Program-made: the position numbers and the translations under genes
Part shown: piece by piece, positions 11,501 through 24,192 of the stretch
How positions within the stretch are numbered: the stretch's first letter is position 1
How the letters are laid out: each line of letters starts with the position of its first letter
Notes under the pieces: model-generated
What the model was told of the DNA's origin: nothing
What the model saw: only the letters and a program-made list of their open reading frames with translations
Databases searched by the model: none
From: Syncephalis fuscata S228
Taxonomy: Eukaryota; Fungi; Zoopagomycota
DNA length: 64,000 nt
Direction: 5' to 3'
NCBI GenBank assembly: GCA_025786725.1
Contig: JAHLTZ010000046.1
Span: 1-64,000, forward strand

Positions 11501-14241
11501 AGTGCAACAACTAGGAATTGGCAAAATAGTTGCTATTTGTATTGCCAACGACAGTAGTGAGCTGTGTTTAATAAATGCCACAATTGAAATTACTGTTGAA
11601 GATTACCGATCGTCAATATAAACATGTATACTAATGCTGGCTATTGAGAATTGTCATGCCAGTTGTTACTGGGTAATTGGCGACACAAGTAGTAAACCTA
11701 GTGTTGGTACTTGCCAATTTGAAACATATCTACAAATAACATGGACAGTTAACGTCTGCTCGTTTAGCAAGTGGCAGCATAATATGCACTGTTACTAACT
11801 GATGACTATGCATAAGATTTGCTTTTGTATACCGGCAACAGTATGGAGTGCGCACCAATGGACAATACTATACCAATGGCTGTTATTGTTATACACTCCA
11901 CTACATAATTGTATACGGTATGTAGCCAAAATCGCCATTGTCTGTATAACACATTCACAGCCATTAACATTGTCAGTACTATTACGGATGACTGATAGCA
12001 TCTGTATAGTTGCCAGTGGCAATGCCACATAACATGATCTACCAATGATGCCGGTTATACTTGATACACGCCACCACCAATGCTAATAAAACAACCAATG
12101 TACATGATTAGCATACCGTTCACAGCACGTGTGGCTGACGGTGTACCATTGCGTGCTATTGTGCTATTACACACATACTGTAGCTATATGCAATACCAAT
12201 CATTAATATATTTATTAATTATATCATGTCACCGACGCTGTTGGTTGGCCGACATAACTAGCAAATCGACGGCAATTGTTAACGGTCAATTATGGCTACA
12301 GGGATTGATACTGTCAAGTTGCAATTGGCTATCTATTAAGCAATCGATACATTTTTTAATTAGTATTTGTGTGGGCTTTTATTGTCAAAATAACAAAAAA
12401 AGGACTATTATAGCCTTTATTAATTAACTTTACCAATTCTTGATTCTATCAATCATACAGCTAGAAATACGTAATAGCATCTACTATAACCGCATGGCGT
12501 TGACGCATTGGCGCATATAACTGACATATGTTGGAAAAATCGTGAAAAGGCACCACAAATAGAAATGGCAATATTAGCATTAAATATTAACAATATTTAA
12601 TATATATTGGCCGTCGGCACGTATTTTGATTACAATCAACCATAATGACGCTACTATTTATTTTGTAATTATAGCATAGAATCAATCGCTGGTGTTGCAT
12701 GCGTACTAACATGCGTTTCAACAGCTGTATGTTGCTGTATGCTGCTGTATGTTGCTGTATGTTGCTTAACTATACTGCTTATTAATACAGTAGCTAATAT
12801 GTGCAGCTTGCTGGCGTGTATTGACATTGATCGCCGCTGATGTCAGTTGAATATTACCACCAACATTGCAACTATAACGAGCGGTGGTTGTCGTACTTAT
12901 ACTCGCTGATAGACATTGCCATTGCTGTTGCCTTCTTGTATCGTTGAATGTGTGTGTATATGGAGGTCAACTATTTGACATGATGCTTATATCATAGTGC
13001 TGATTCCCATTGTAATGCCATGCCTAACCTGATTATAGGTAGTAGCAAATACAGCTACTTTTTTATAAACGCTTTAACATTTAGCATCCTTTAACTAAAT
13101 AAATATGCTATAAATCAACATTAGTATAGTGTCTAGTAGCTTTGTTATGCCATTCAATTATTTGAATTGTACTATACTGCTAGTATACTAAAAATAGTTA
13201 CATTCTATAAAGCTACACCCACACTGGTCATTTTAATAATAGCAATAGTGGTTCGTTTGATTGGTTTGATTGTGTTAAGCCTAGTATAATAATATTAAAC
13301 AATTTGCTGATGATCTAGTATGATTTGAAAGATAAATGGCTAAATTTAACAACATCCAATCTATTGGGCATGAAACTGTGTGGTGGATGGCATTAGCCAT
13401 TAAAATACTCGTCATTATAGATTTAGTATTTAGTATGCATATGCCTTCTATCCACCCATATCATTACTATTCTGTATTTATTAAGTCATATATCGATCGA
13501 TCATATAATAAGCACAACCCATTTACAGCAGGTATTTTATTGCCGCTAGCTTTATTGCTATAGGTTCAATTTATTGTACTTACCTAATCGTCTATGTATA
13601 TCTTCACTATTATTTTATCCATTGATTCTATTCTAAACTATACTCATCATGTCTTATTGATAAAACTCGTTTATTTGTTACTCGCCGTATTGTTTGTATA
13701 TTTTACTTGATTGCTTGTGCAATACGCATACTATACCTTTATTGCCATTATTTTACACTTTATTTGACCATTCATTTGAATCTATATTATTCCATATTAT
13801 AACACGGCAAGGAAGAAGGCTTGTGATCTTGTTAAAAGCTAGTATTATTTGAAAACAAAACACAGTGCATGAATGCAAACAGCAACACTAACACTGCATA
13901 CCTAAATATCTATGTAAAAATAACAGTTGATTAAATGGTAAGTAGTTTGAAGTAAAAATAAGCAAGTATTTATTACATAGCAGCGCCAGTTGTCTTACCA
14001 TAGTAAACAGCCGATTATAAAAGCGTACATGGCTATTTGTGCTACACCGTCTTTGTCCGCACAATAATACATATTTAATAAAACATAACAATGCTTACCT
14101 GTAGCTTCAAAGAAACGGCAAATGCTTTAAATGTAGACTGATAGTCGATAGTCAGAGACTGTCAAGGCAGAATGGCGGAATGGCAGAATGGTAGTGGCAG
14201 GACGGTGGACTGGCAAAACGGTGAGATGGTGGAATACCGCT
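8513..14241 (-). repeat. Arm A': right arm of palindrome 1; 13299-14241 is also the outer part of the left arm of palindrome 2
   Basis: Reverse complement of 169-5904 with a few substitutions and indels, including a 7-bp deletion near 8990. Confidence 0.97.
9790..10780 (+). pseudogene. Decayed CorA-family Mg2+ transporter (ALR1/MNR2-like), arm A' copy
   Basis: Manual translation gives FRIHPLTTDAIKLEDTRKKC*L...FCFRSF, YLEPMSVFVALMRKGIILFH, DGFALLIGSLQLGIGSIDELLLI, LGRLLSIKADV, VQIDIELIQLFKVSNDVMTKL and IVPMNVITERYIMNM. These match the fungal CorA motifs IHPLTTEDI..EETREK, YLEP, SIDELVL, LLSTKADV, NDVMTKL and PMNVITGLWGMNV. Several in-frame stops; the GMN motif has become IMN. Confidence 0.87.
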
Positions 14242-15210
14242 GTTCTGCCACCACCATTTCACCGTTCTGCCACCACCATTTCACCGTTCTGCCACCACCA
14301 TTTTACGTTCTGCCACCACCATTTTAGCGTTCTGCCACCACCATTTTAGCGTTCTGCCACCACCAGTCCACCGTTCTGCCACCACCATTTCACCGTTCTG
14401 CCACCATCAGTCCACCGTTCTGCCACCACCATTTCACCGTTCTGCCACCACCATTTTAGCGTTCTGCCACCACCATTTCACCGTTCTGCCACCACCATTT
14501 TAGCGTTCTGCCACCACCATTTTAGCGTTCTGCCACCACCAGTCCACCGTTCTGCCACCACCAGTCCACCGTTCTGCCACCACCAGTCCACCGTTCTGCC
14601 ACCATCAGTCCACCGTTCTGCCACCACCAGTCCACCGTTCTGCCACCATCAGTCCACCGTTCTGCCACCACCAGTCCACCGTTCTGCCACCATCAGTCCA
14701 CCGTTCTGCCACCATCAGTCCACCGTTCTGCCACCACCATTTTAGCGTTCTGCCACCACCATTTCACCGTTCTGCCACCACCATTTCACCGTTCTGCCAC
14801 CACCATTTCACCGTTCTGCCACCACCAGTCCACCGTTCTGCCACCACCATTTTAGCGTTCTGCCACCACCATTTCACCGTTCTGCCATCACCACTTCACC
14901 GTTCTACCACCACCATTTCACCGTTCTGCCACCACCATTTCACCGTTCTGCCACCACCATTTCACCGTTCTGCCACCACCATTTCACCGTTCTGCCACCA
15001 CCATTTTAGCGTTCTGCCACCACCATTTCACCGTTCTGCCACCACCATTTCACCGTTCTGCCACCACCATTTCACCGTTCTGCCACCATCAGTCCACCGT
15101 TCTGCCACCACCAGTCCACCGTTCTGCCACCACCATTTCACCGTTCTGCCACCACCATTTCACCGTTCTGCCACCACCATTTCACCATTTTGCCACCACC
15201 ATTTTACCGT
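14242..15210 (-). repeat. 22-bp minisatellite array R, copy 2 (about 44 units, C-rich on +)
   Basis: Tandem GTTCTGCCACCA followed by CCATTTCACC, CCATTTTAGC, CCAGTCCACC or TCAGTCCACC. Confidence 0.98.
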
Positions 15211-18200
15211 TGAACAATTGAACGGTTGAACCGTCGGACTCACTTCCACCACTTTTGACTCCACTCTCTTTTCATTCCTTTTAGTGAACATAAAATTAAA
15301 GTACCTGACATCTGGGTCCAAAATACCATCATCATAGATTTATTATCCAGTATGCATATATTTTTAATCCAACAATATCATTAAGATGTATCTTTACATC
15401 CTACTCTTAGTCAATGACAGGTTGAACACTTATATTTATTATGCATTTCAATCAGCTTCACTCAGTCCGCTCAGTGCGTTATAGCTTTATTATAGTTATT
15501 TTTATTATTAATAACTGTTTATTACAATTATTAACCATTTAATGTGATTTGTGTCAAATGGCTACTTTTGATATTCGCGCAACTGGCCTGCACATTTGTT
15601 CTATTGAACATGGGGACGGGTGGTGAGTTTTATTAACGATCAAATCATCACATTTGGTGTGATTTGGTGGTTAAATGGCTATTTTGATTATTTACGCGTT
15701 TGAACTAAACATTCAACCTATTGAACATGGAGCTGGGTGGTGAGCGACATCAAAGTTTAAAACACTTGTCATTATAGATTTATTATCCAGTATGCATATA
15801 TCTCTATCTACCTACACCACTCCCTTTTATTCCGCACTTCTATGTATCATTCTACGACATACTGGACACATTCTGTTCATTAAGCACACCAGCAACTCTA
15901 CTCATTCCCTCCTTGCGTTATATGCACTATAGTTTGACATCGTTTTATATGTCATTTTACACTCGCCCATCTATGCTCAATCCAAAACTGGTTTTATTTT
16001 TGTTCTAGCGTTATTATTAACAACTGTCGACTAATGTCGCTCATTGATCATGCATATATGCTCAGTAACTATACCACTGCTGTCCATACTTTTTACTTTG
16101 TATATTCGTTTTATTATCCAGTAAATACGCGCTAGCTATTACCGTTGTCTGTTTGGTTCTAGCACCACTATTAGAAAAGTTCACGCAAGTTGCTTATCTG
16201 CTCATGCATATATGCTCGATAGCTTTAACAAAGCTAGTTGTCTTTTAACTAGCATAGCTGATAGCTGTTATGCTATTTTACCGTACAGTTACTATGCGCC
16301 ATCAATAACTACTGTCAGCTTGACGCCAGCTTTAATATTGACAAGTTTGACTCGTTCCGCTTAGTCATTCCTTTCCAAGGCGCACTATAGCTTTAATGCT
16401 GCTACTCACACAATTACTTTTGGTATTTTATTTGCTCCATATTATTGTATGCTTAATGGCTATGCTTTATTTGCAGAAGCTATACGTTCCTTGTTAGCTG
16501 TTTGTTGCAAAGTTTAGCTCTGAGCACTTCTTTTACTCTTTGCACACAAACGCGCAAGTAGAATAGCCTTCTTACACTGCTAGTGCTCTTTTTGCTGTTT
16601 TCCAGTGCTGATATGTTGCAATGGTATCGAACGGGCCAGCGATGAACTGGTATAAGCTATTATACCAAATAAAGCTTGTTATTACAAAATAGATATTCGC
16701 TATGGGTGTTATGTATACGGCTTTAAAAGTGTCGTATAGCTTATTGCAGGTAATCATGTATTGCGCTATAGCTACTTGAGCACAAGGACAAAGTGTACGT
16801 ATATTTACCATGTGGCCGTAGACAGTGCTGGCTACTCTATTCGACACAGTTAAAAGCAATAATAAACTTGGCCAAAAACAATTTGCTTTAAAGATTTTAT
16901 TAGATGGATTGCATTAGTATTCAACATATAAGCCATTGGTATTTACTGTAGCTACAAGCTTGAAACTGGTCCCATTTAGCTGCTTTGCGTGCCGCCTAAA
17001 TGATCGGCATTGTTTGAAATAAAGCCATAGCTGATATTGCCAAATAGACAGATTTACTTGCTATGCTACATGTAAAGTTTAGCATAGATCATTTTTACGC
17101 TTAGTCGGTTAAGCCGTGTAATCTAGATTTAATCCATCAGCTTATCGCGTTGTAAAGAGCTTGCCAATATTAATGTTCAGACAATATAATGACAGCAATA
17201 AAGACTGTTTTGCAATAAGTGTACAAGAAAACACACGGTTTACTACATATTACACTAATAGTTACATGTACTGAAGATTCTACTGGAATGGTTGTAGCTG
17301 CTTATACGGAAGACTAAGAGCAATTGCGTAGTACATTGGTCATAGACGGTTTTAGACGACTCATGTTTTATTACGACATTTTCCACAACTATCACAATAC
17401 ATAAGCTGGCTTTACCGCTCCTCCGAACCAACATTGCACCTTTATCTTCTCTTTCTACTCTTTACCACTCGATATACGCTACACTCATTCGCCCTTACTG
17501 CCATTTGTTGTCCAATATGCTTTGCACTTGCTAGCCGTCTAATGATTACAAGATCACTGCTGGTTGCTGCTATATGTACTAAGGTCGGTAAACGGGCGTG
17601 GGAGGTGCGATGCAGTTGTGCCTTTTGGCTATGAAGCACTGGATATGCAGTGTTCTAGAAGCTATATATCACGCAGTGTGTACCCCAGCATGCTGTAGAA
17701 GGCGCTTGTCTGCACATAGTTGATTGGTCTTTTGTATAGTAACATTGGTACGCTTACCGTGTGTTTGTTTGCGAGGTTGCCTTGCTGAGTATCTGGCTGT
17801 TGAGGCGACATAAGGTTTGCGCTTGAAGATATCTGATATCTGATGGTGCAGAGCAAATGTTGTTTGGACAACCACTACTTATTGCGGTGTAGTCAAGCAG
17901 CAAACATCATTGGCACATGTGGCTCATCTCGTTTACTGACCCTCTTCAATAGATATAGATTTAAGCGATATTTAGATTTGGCAAGAACAGGGCCACAATA
18001 TGCTGTACAGTCATCCGGTTTGTACTAGTCTATCATTATTTATGTATTTCTTTGTTTAAATAAATAAATGTAGCATTTCTTATTTATTAACATACTACTA
18101 TTAGTTGCGTTCATATAAATACAGACATCTTCCCATTTAATAATAGTACTAGTTGTTTCTGCTATTGTTATTACACTGATAATAAACAACCTATTAAGCC

Positions 18201-18431
18201 ATTGAATGTGCTTTGAAGGCAAACGATTAAATTTGATGCATCCATGCAGTTGAGCTAGACAATTGCTCTGTTGAACATAATACGAGTGGTGAGTGAATCA
18301 AAGTTTAAAATATTTATTGGCATAGATGTATTATCCAGTACGCTTATATCCAACATTTACTTGTATCATTCGTCTATTATCGCATACTATTATGTATTAT
18401 TCTACAATACACTAGCCGCATTCTGGTTATT
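15211..18431 (+). repeat. Arm B: inner left arm of palindrome 2
   Basis: Reverse complement of 19781-23004. Position p pairs with about 38212-p, for example ORF 17843..18028(+) with 20184..20369(-). Confidence 0.97.
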
Positions 18432-19780
18432 TATGCGGCAACACACCTCACTCATCTCAACTATTACGCTGTACATTCACTAAATTGTATGCTGTTTATT
18501 GTATAACGCATAAGAGCTATGCAACGCCATTGTTGTTTTGATTCCAGATCTATTATTAAATAAGTGCTCTTTTATGTTTTAGCGCTTTTGGCATCGGAAA
18601 GGCGCTGTAGCATTAACACCATTTGTGCGGGCGCTTGAATGGCCATATTGGTACACTGTAGCTTTAGTACTGTAGATTTGACATAGATATTATATACTTT
18701 ATATTTATAGAGTGTTGTTATATATTGTTATACAGTATATTGGCCACACTACATCGATTGGCGTTGTCCATTTTACCCTAGCTTTATCTTTAAAGTTGGC
18801 CACTTATTACACTCATTTTGCTAATGCCCATGTTACACGGTTACAATTAGACATACTAGAAAATTAACAGTAAATTAACTAAAAATATACTGCAGTCCAA
18901 TTGATTCTGCCTACTCAAACGACAATTATGGCCATACTAAGCCAATAAAATGAGATGTGCAAATACTTAGTATTTTATCCAGAATTGTACATGCATATCA
19001 GAGTAATATTGGTTAAATATTGGTATAAATAATAAGTATACAGATAAATTTGTTTATTTACTGATGTAGTTTGTTTATTATGATAGTGCATTGATCAGTG
19101 TATGGTATATTGGCTATTAGCTATCAATTCAGCCTATTCTAGTGCAGCCACTGTAGCCACTGTAGCCATTTCAGCTAAGGGCCGCTTAGTATGGTCCTCG
19201 CAGGTCATTACTTGTATTTCAGCTACTGTATTTTGTTTATTTTACGTAGTTTTACGTAGTTTACGCATCACTTGCTTCCCTGCGTTGCTTCTACGTATTT
19301 GTCTATGTAATAGTGCACTGCACACCATACTTGCTCCATTTCACTTATGTTGGCCTCAGTCCACACTGTATATCGCTCAGTACCTTCCCAACAGTCCCAC
19401 TTTTTGATATGAATATATAACAGCATCAAAAGCTAAGTTGAGATAAACCCAAGGTTTAAAGCTGTGAGCCAACCATTGCACCATTTCCGGTTGGCCTTGC
19501 CATTGCTGTGAATACGCATTGTTCCGTTGATCAGCACCAAAGCCATTGCTAATTGACAACAGCTGGTTTGTCTACCAGAAGGTTAAACAGCGTGGATGTG
19601 CATGAGCAAAATAGTTTAATTTTATTAATGATAAAGCTAGTGCAAAAATAAATATGGTTGGATAGATGAAGGATGGACGATAATAAAATGATATGTAGAA
19701 TAGCAAATGTACGGTAAAAAACATAAAAGCAGTGTCAAACAGTGTATATAGCGTAATGAGCAAAGTATATTGCCGCATGT
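18432..19780. other. Loop 2: unique 1.35-kb AT-rich spacer of palindrome 2
   Basis: No credible intact ORF. Both edges are remnants of element E in inverted orientation. Confidence 0.92.
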
Positions 19781-22700
19781 AATAACCAGAATGCGGCTAG
19801 TGTATTGTAGAATAATACATAATAGTATGCGATAATAACGAATGATACAAGTAAATGTTGGATATAAGCGTACTGGATAATACATCTATGCCAATAAATA
19901 TTTTAAACTTTGATTCACTCACCACTCGTTATTATGTTCAACAGAGCAATTGTCTAGCTCAACTGCATGGATGCATCAAATTTAATCGTTTGCCTTCAAA
20001 GCACATTCAATGGCTTAATAGGTTGTTTATTATCAGTGTAATAACAATAGCAGAAACAACTAGTACTATTATTAAATGGGAAGATGTCTGTATTTATATG
20101 AACGCAACTAATAGTAGTATGTTAATAAATAAGAAATGCTACATTTATTTATTTAAACAAAGAAATACATAAATAATGATAGACTAGTACAAACCGGATG
20201 ACTGTACAGCATATTGTGGCCCTGTTCTTGCCAAATCTAAATATCGCTTAAATCTATATCTATTGAAGAGGGTCAGTAAACGAGATGAGCCACATGTGCC
20301 AATGATGTTTGCTGCTTGACTACACCGCAATAAGTAGTGGTTGTCCAAACAACATTTGCTCTGCACCATCAGATATCAGATATCTTCAAGCGCAAACCTT
20401 ATGTCGCCTCAACAGCCAGATACTCAGCAAGGCAACCTCGCAAACAAACACACGGTAAGCGTACCAATGTTACTATACAAAAGACCAATCAACTATGTGC
20501 AGACAAGCGCCTTCTACAGCATGCTGGGGTACACACTGCGTGATATATAGCTTCTAGAACACTGCATATCCAGTGCTTCATAGCCAAAAGGCACAACTGC
20601 ATCGCACCTCCCACGCCCGTTTACCGACCTTAGTACATATAGCAGCAACCAGCAGTGATCTTGTAATCATTAGACGGCTAGCAAGTGCAAAGCATATTGG
20701 ACAACAAATGGCAGTAAGGGCGAATGAGTGTAGTGTATATCGAGTGGTAAAGAGTAGAAAGAGAAGATAAAGGTGCAGTGTTGGTTCGGAGGAGCGGTAA
20801 AGCCAGCTTATGTATTGTGATAGTTGTGGAAAATGTCGTAATAAAACATGAGTCGTCTAAAACCGTCTATGACCAATGTACTACGCAATTGCTCTTAGTC
20901 TTCCGTATAAGCAGCTACAACCATTCCAGTAGAATCTTCAGTACATGTAACTATTAGTGTAATATGTAGTAAACCGTGTGTTTTCTTGTACACTTATTGC
21001 AAAAGAGTCTTTATTGCTGTCATTATATTGTCTGAACATTAATATTGGCAAGCTCTTTACAACGCGATAAGCTGATGGATTAAATCTAGATTACACGGCT
21101 TAACCGACTAAGCGTAAAAATGATCTATGCTAAACTTTACATGTAACATAGCAAGTAAATCTGTCTATTTGGCAATATCAGCTATGGCTTTATTTCAAAC
21201 AATGCCGATCATTTAGGCGGCACGCAAAGCAGCTAAATGGGACCAGTTTCAAGCTTGTAGCTACAGTAAATACCAATGGCTTATATGTTGAATACTAATG
21301 CAATCCATCTAATAAAATCTTTAAAGCAAATTGTTTTTGGCCAAGTTTATTATTGCTTTTAACTGTGTCGAATAGAGTAGCCAGCACTGTCTACGGCCAC
21401 ATGGTAAATATACGTACACTTTGTCCTTATGCTCAAGTAGCTATAGCGCAATACATGATTACTCTGCAATAAGCTATACGACACTTTTAAAGCACGTATA
21501 CATAACACCCATAGCGAATATCTATTTTGTAATAACAAGCTTTATTTGGTATAATAGCTTATACCAGTTCATCGCTGGCCCGTTCGATACCATTGCAACA
21601 TATCAGCACTGGAAAACAGCAAAAAGAGCACTAGCAGTGTAAGAAGGCTATTCTACTTGCGCGTTTGTGTGCAAAGAGTAAAAGAAGTGCTCAGAGCTAA
21701 ACTTTGCAACAAACAGCTAACAAGGAACGTATAGCTTCTGCAAATAAAGCATAGCCATTAAGCATACAATAATATGGAGCAAATAAAATACCAAAAGTAA
21801 TTGTGTGAGTAGCAGCATTAAAGCTATAGTGCGCCTTGGAAAGGAATGACTAAGCGGAACGAGTCAAACTTGTCAATATTAAAGCTGGCGTCAAGCTGAC
21901 AGTAGTTATTGATGGCGCATAGTAACTGTACGGTAAAATAGCATAACAGCTATCAGCTATGCTAGTTAAAAGACAACTAGCTTTGTTAAAGCTATCGAGC
22001 ATATATGCATGAGCAGATAAGCAACTTGCGTGAACTTTTCTAATAATGGTGCTAGAACCAAACAGACAACGGTAATAGCTAGCGCGTATTTACTGGATAA
22101 TAAAACGAATATACAAAGTAAAAAGTATGGACAGCAGTGGTATAGCTACTGAGCATATATGCATGATCAATGAGCGACATTAGTCGACAGTTGTTAATAA
22201 TAACGCTAGAACAAAAATAAAACCAGTTTTGGATTGAGCATAGATGGGCGAGTGTAAAATGACATATAAAACAATGTCAAACTATAGTGCATATAACGCA
22301 AGGAGGGAATGAGTAGAGTGTGCTGGTGTGCTTAATGAACAGAATGTGTCCAGTATGTCGTAGAATGATACATAGAAGTGCGGAATAAAAGGGAGTGGTG
22401 TAGGTAGATAGAGATATATGCATACTGGATAATAAATCTATAATGACAAGTGTTTTAAACTTTGATGTCGCTCACCACCCAGCTCCATGTTCAATAGGTT
22501 GAATGTTTAGTTCAAACGCGTAAATAATCAAAATAGCCATTTAACCACCAAATCACACCAAATGTGATGATTTGATCGTTAATAAAACTCACCACCCGTC
22601 CCCATGTTCAATAGAACAAATGTGCAGGCCAGTTGCGCGAATATCAAAAGTAGCCATTTGACACAAATCACATTAAATGGTTAATAATTGTAATAAACAG

Positions 22701-23004
22701 TTATTAATAATAAAAATAACTATAATAAAGCTATAACGCACTGAGCGGACTGAGTGAAGCTGATTGAAATGCATAATAAATATAAGTGTTCAACCTGTCA
22801 TTGACTAAGAGTAGGATGTAAAGATACATCTTAATGATATTGTTGGATTAAAAATATATGCATACTGGATAATAAATCTATGATGATGGTATTTTGGACC
22901 CAGATGTCAGGTACTTTAATTTTATGTTCACTAAAAGGAATGAAAAGAGAGTGGAGTCAAAAGTGGTGGAAGTGAGTCCGACGGTTCAACCGTTCAATTG
23001 TTCA
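19781..23004 (-). repeat. Arm B': inner right arm of palindrome 2
   Basis: Reverse complement of 15211-18431. Confidence 0.97.
22100..22935 (+). repeat. Long copy of element E next to the minisatellite (mirror at about 15280-16110)
   Basis: Three sub-repeats containing (C/T)ATGTTCA(A/C)TA; homologous to 5400-6205. Confidence 0.85.
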
Positions 23005-24192
23005 ACGGTAAAATGGTGGTGGCAAAATGGTGAAATGGTGGTGGCAGAACGGTGAAATGGTGGTGGCAGAACGGTGGACTGATGGTGGCAGAACGGTGGA
23101 CTGATGGTGGCAGAACGGTGGACTGATGGTGGCAGAACGGTGAAATGGTGGTGGCAGAACGGTGAAATGGTGGTGGCAGAACGGTGAAATGGTGGTGGCA
23201 GAACGGTGAAATGGTGGTGGCAGAACGGTGAAATGGTGGTGGCAGAACGGTGGACTGATGGTGGCAGAACGGTGGACTGGTGGTGGCAGAACGGTGGACT
23301 GGTGGTGGCAGAACGCTAAAATGGTGGTGGCAGAACGCTAAAATGGTGGTGGCAGAACGGTGAAATGGTGGTGGCAGAACGGTGAAATGGTGGTGGCAGA
23401 ACGGTGAAATGGTGGTGGCAGAACGGTGAAATGGTGGTGGCAGAACGGTGAAATGGTGGTGGCAGAACGGTGGACTGGTGGTGGCAGAACGGTGAAATGG
23501 TGGTGGCAGAACGGTGGACTGGTGGTGGCAGAACGGTGGACTGGTGGTGGCAGAACGGTGGACTGGTGGTGGCAGAACGCTAAAATGGTGGTGGCAGAAC
23601 GCTAAAATGGTGGTGGCAGAACGCTAAAATGGTGGTGGCAGAACGGTGAAATGGTGGTGGCAGAACGGTGAAATGGTGGTGGCAGAACGGTGAAATGGTG
23701 GTGGCAGAACGGTGGACTGATGGTGGCAGAACGCTAAAATGGTGGTGGCAGAACGGTGAAATGGTGGTGGCAGAACGGTGAAATGGTGGTGGCAGAACGG
23801 TGGACTGATGGTGGCAGAACGGTGGACTGGTGGTGGCAGAACGGTGAAATGGTGGTGGCAGAACGGTGGACTGGTGGTGGCAGAACGGTGAATGGTGGTG
23901 GCAGAACGGTGGACTGATGGTGGCAGAACGGTGAATGGTGGTGGCAGAACGGTGGACTGGTGGTGGCAGAACGGTGAAATGGTGGTGGCAGAACGGTGGA
24001 CTGATGGTGGCAGAACGGTGAAATGGTGGTGGCAGAACGGTGGACTGGTGGTGGCAGAACGCTAAAATGGTGGTGGCAGAACGGTGAAATGGTGGTGGCA
24101 GAACGCTAAAATGGTGGTGGCAGAACGGTGAAATGGTGGTGGCAGAACGCTAAAATGGTGGTGGCAGAACGGTGGACTGGTGATGGCAGAAC
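23005..24192 (+). repeat. 22-bp minisatellite array R, copy 3 (about 54 units, G-rich on +)
   Basis: Same four unit variants as copy 2, with a different order and length. Confidence 0.98.

Noticed and set aside
14242-15210. CRISPR-like repeat-spacer array
   Set aside because: The variable part is only 10 nt and has four recurring related variants rather than unique spacers. The context is eukaryotic and no cas genes are present.
16450-19600. F-box-like pseudogene fragments in arm B and loop 2
   Set aside because: Only vague Trp-containing motifs across broken frames; cannot be supported without BLASTX.
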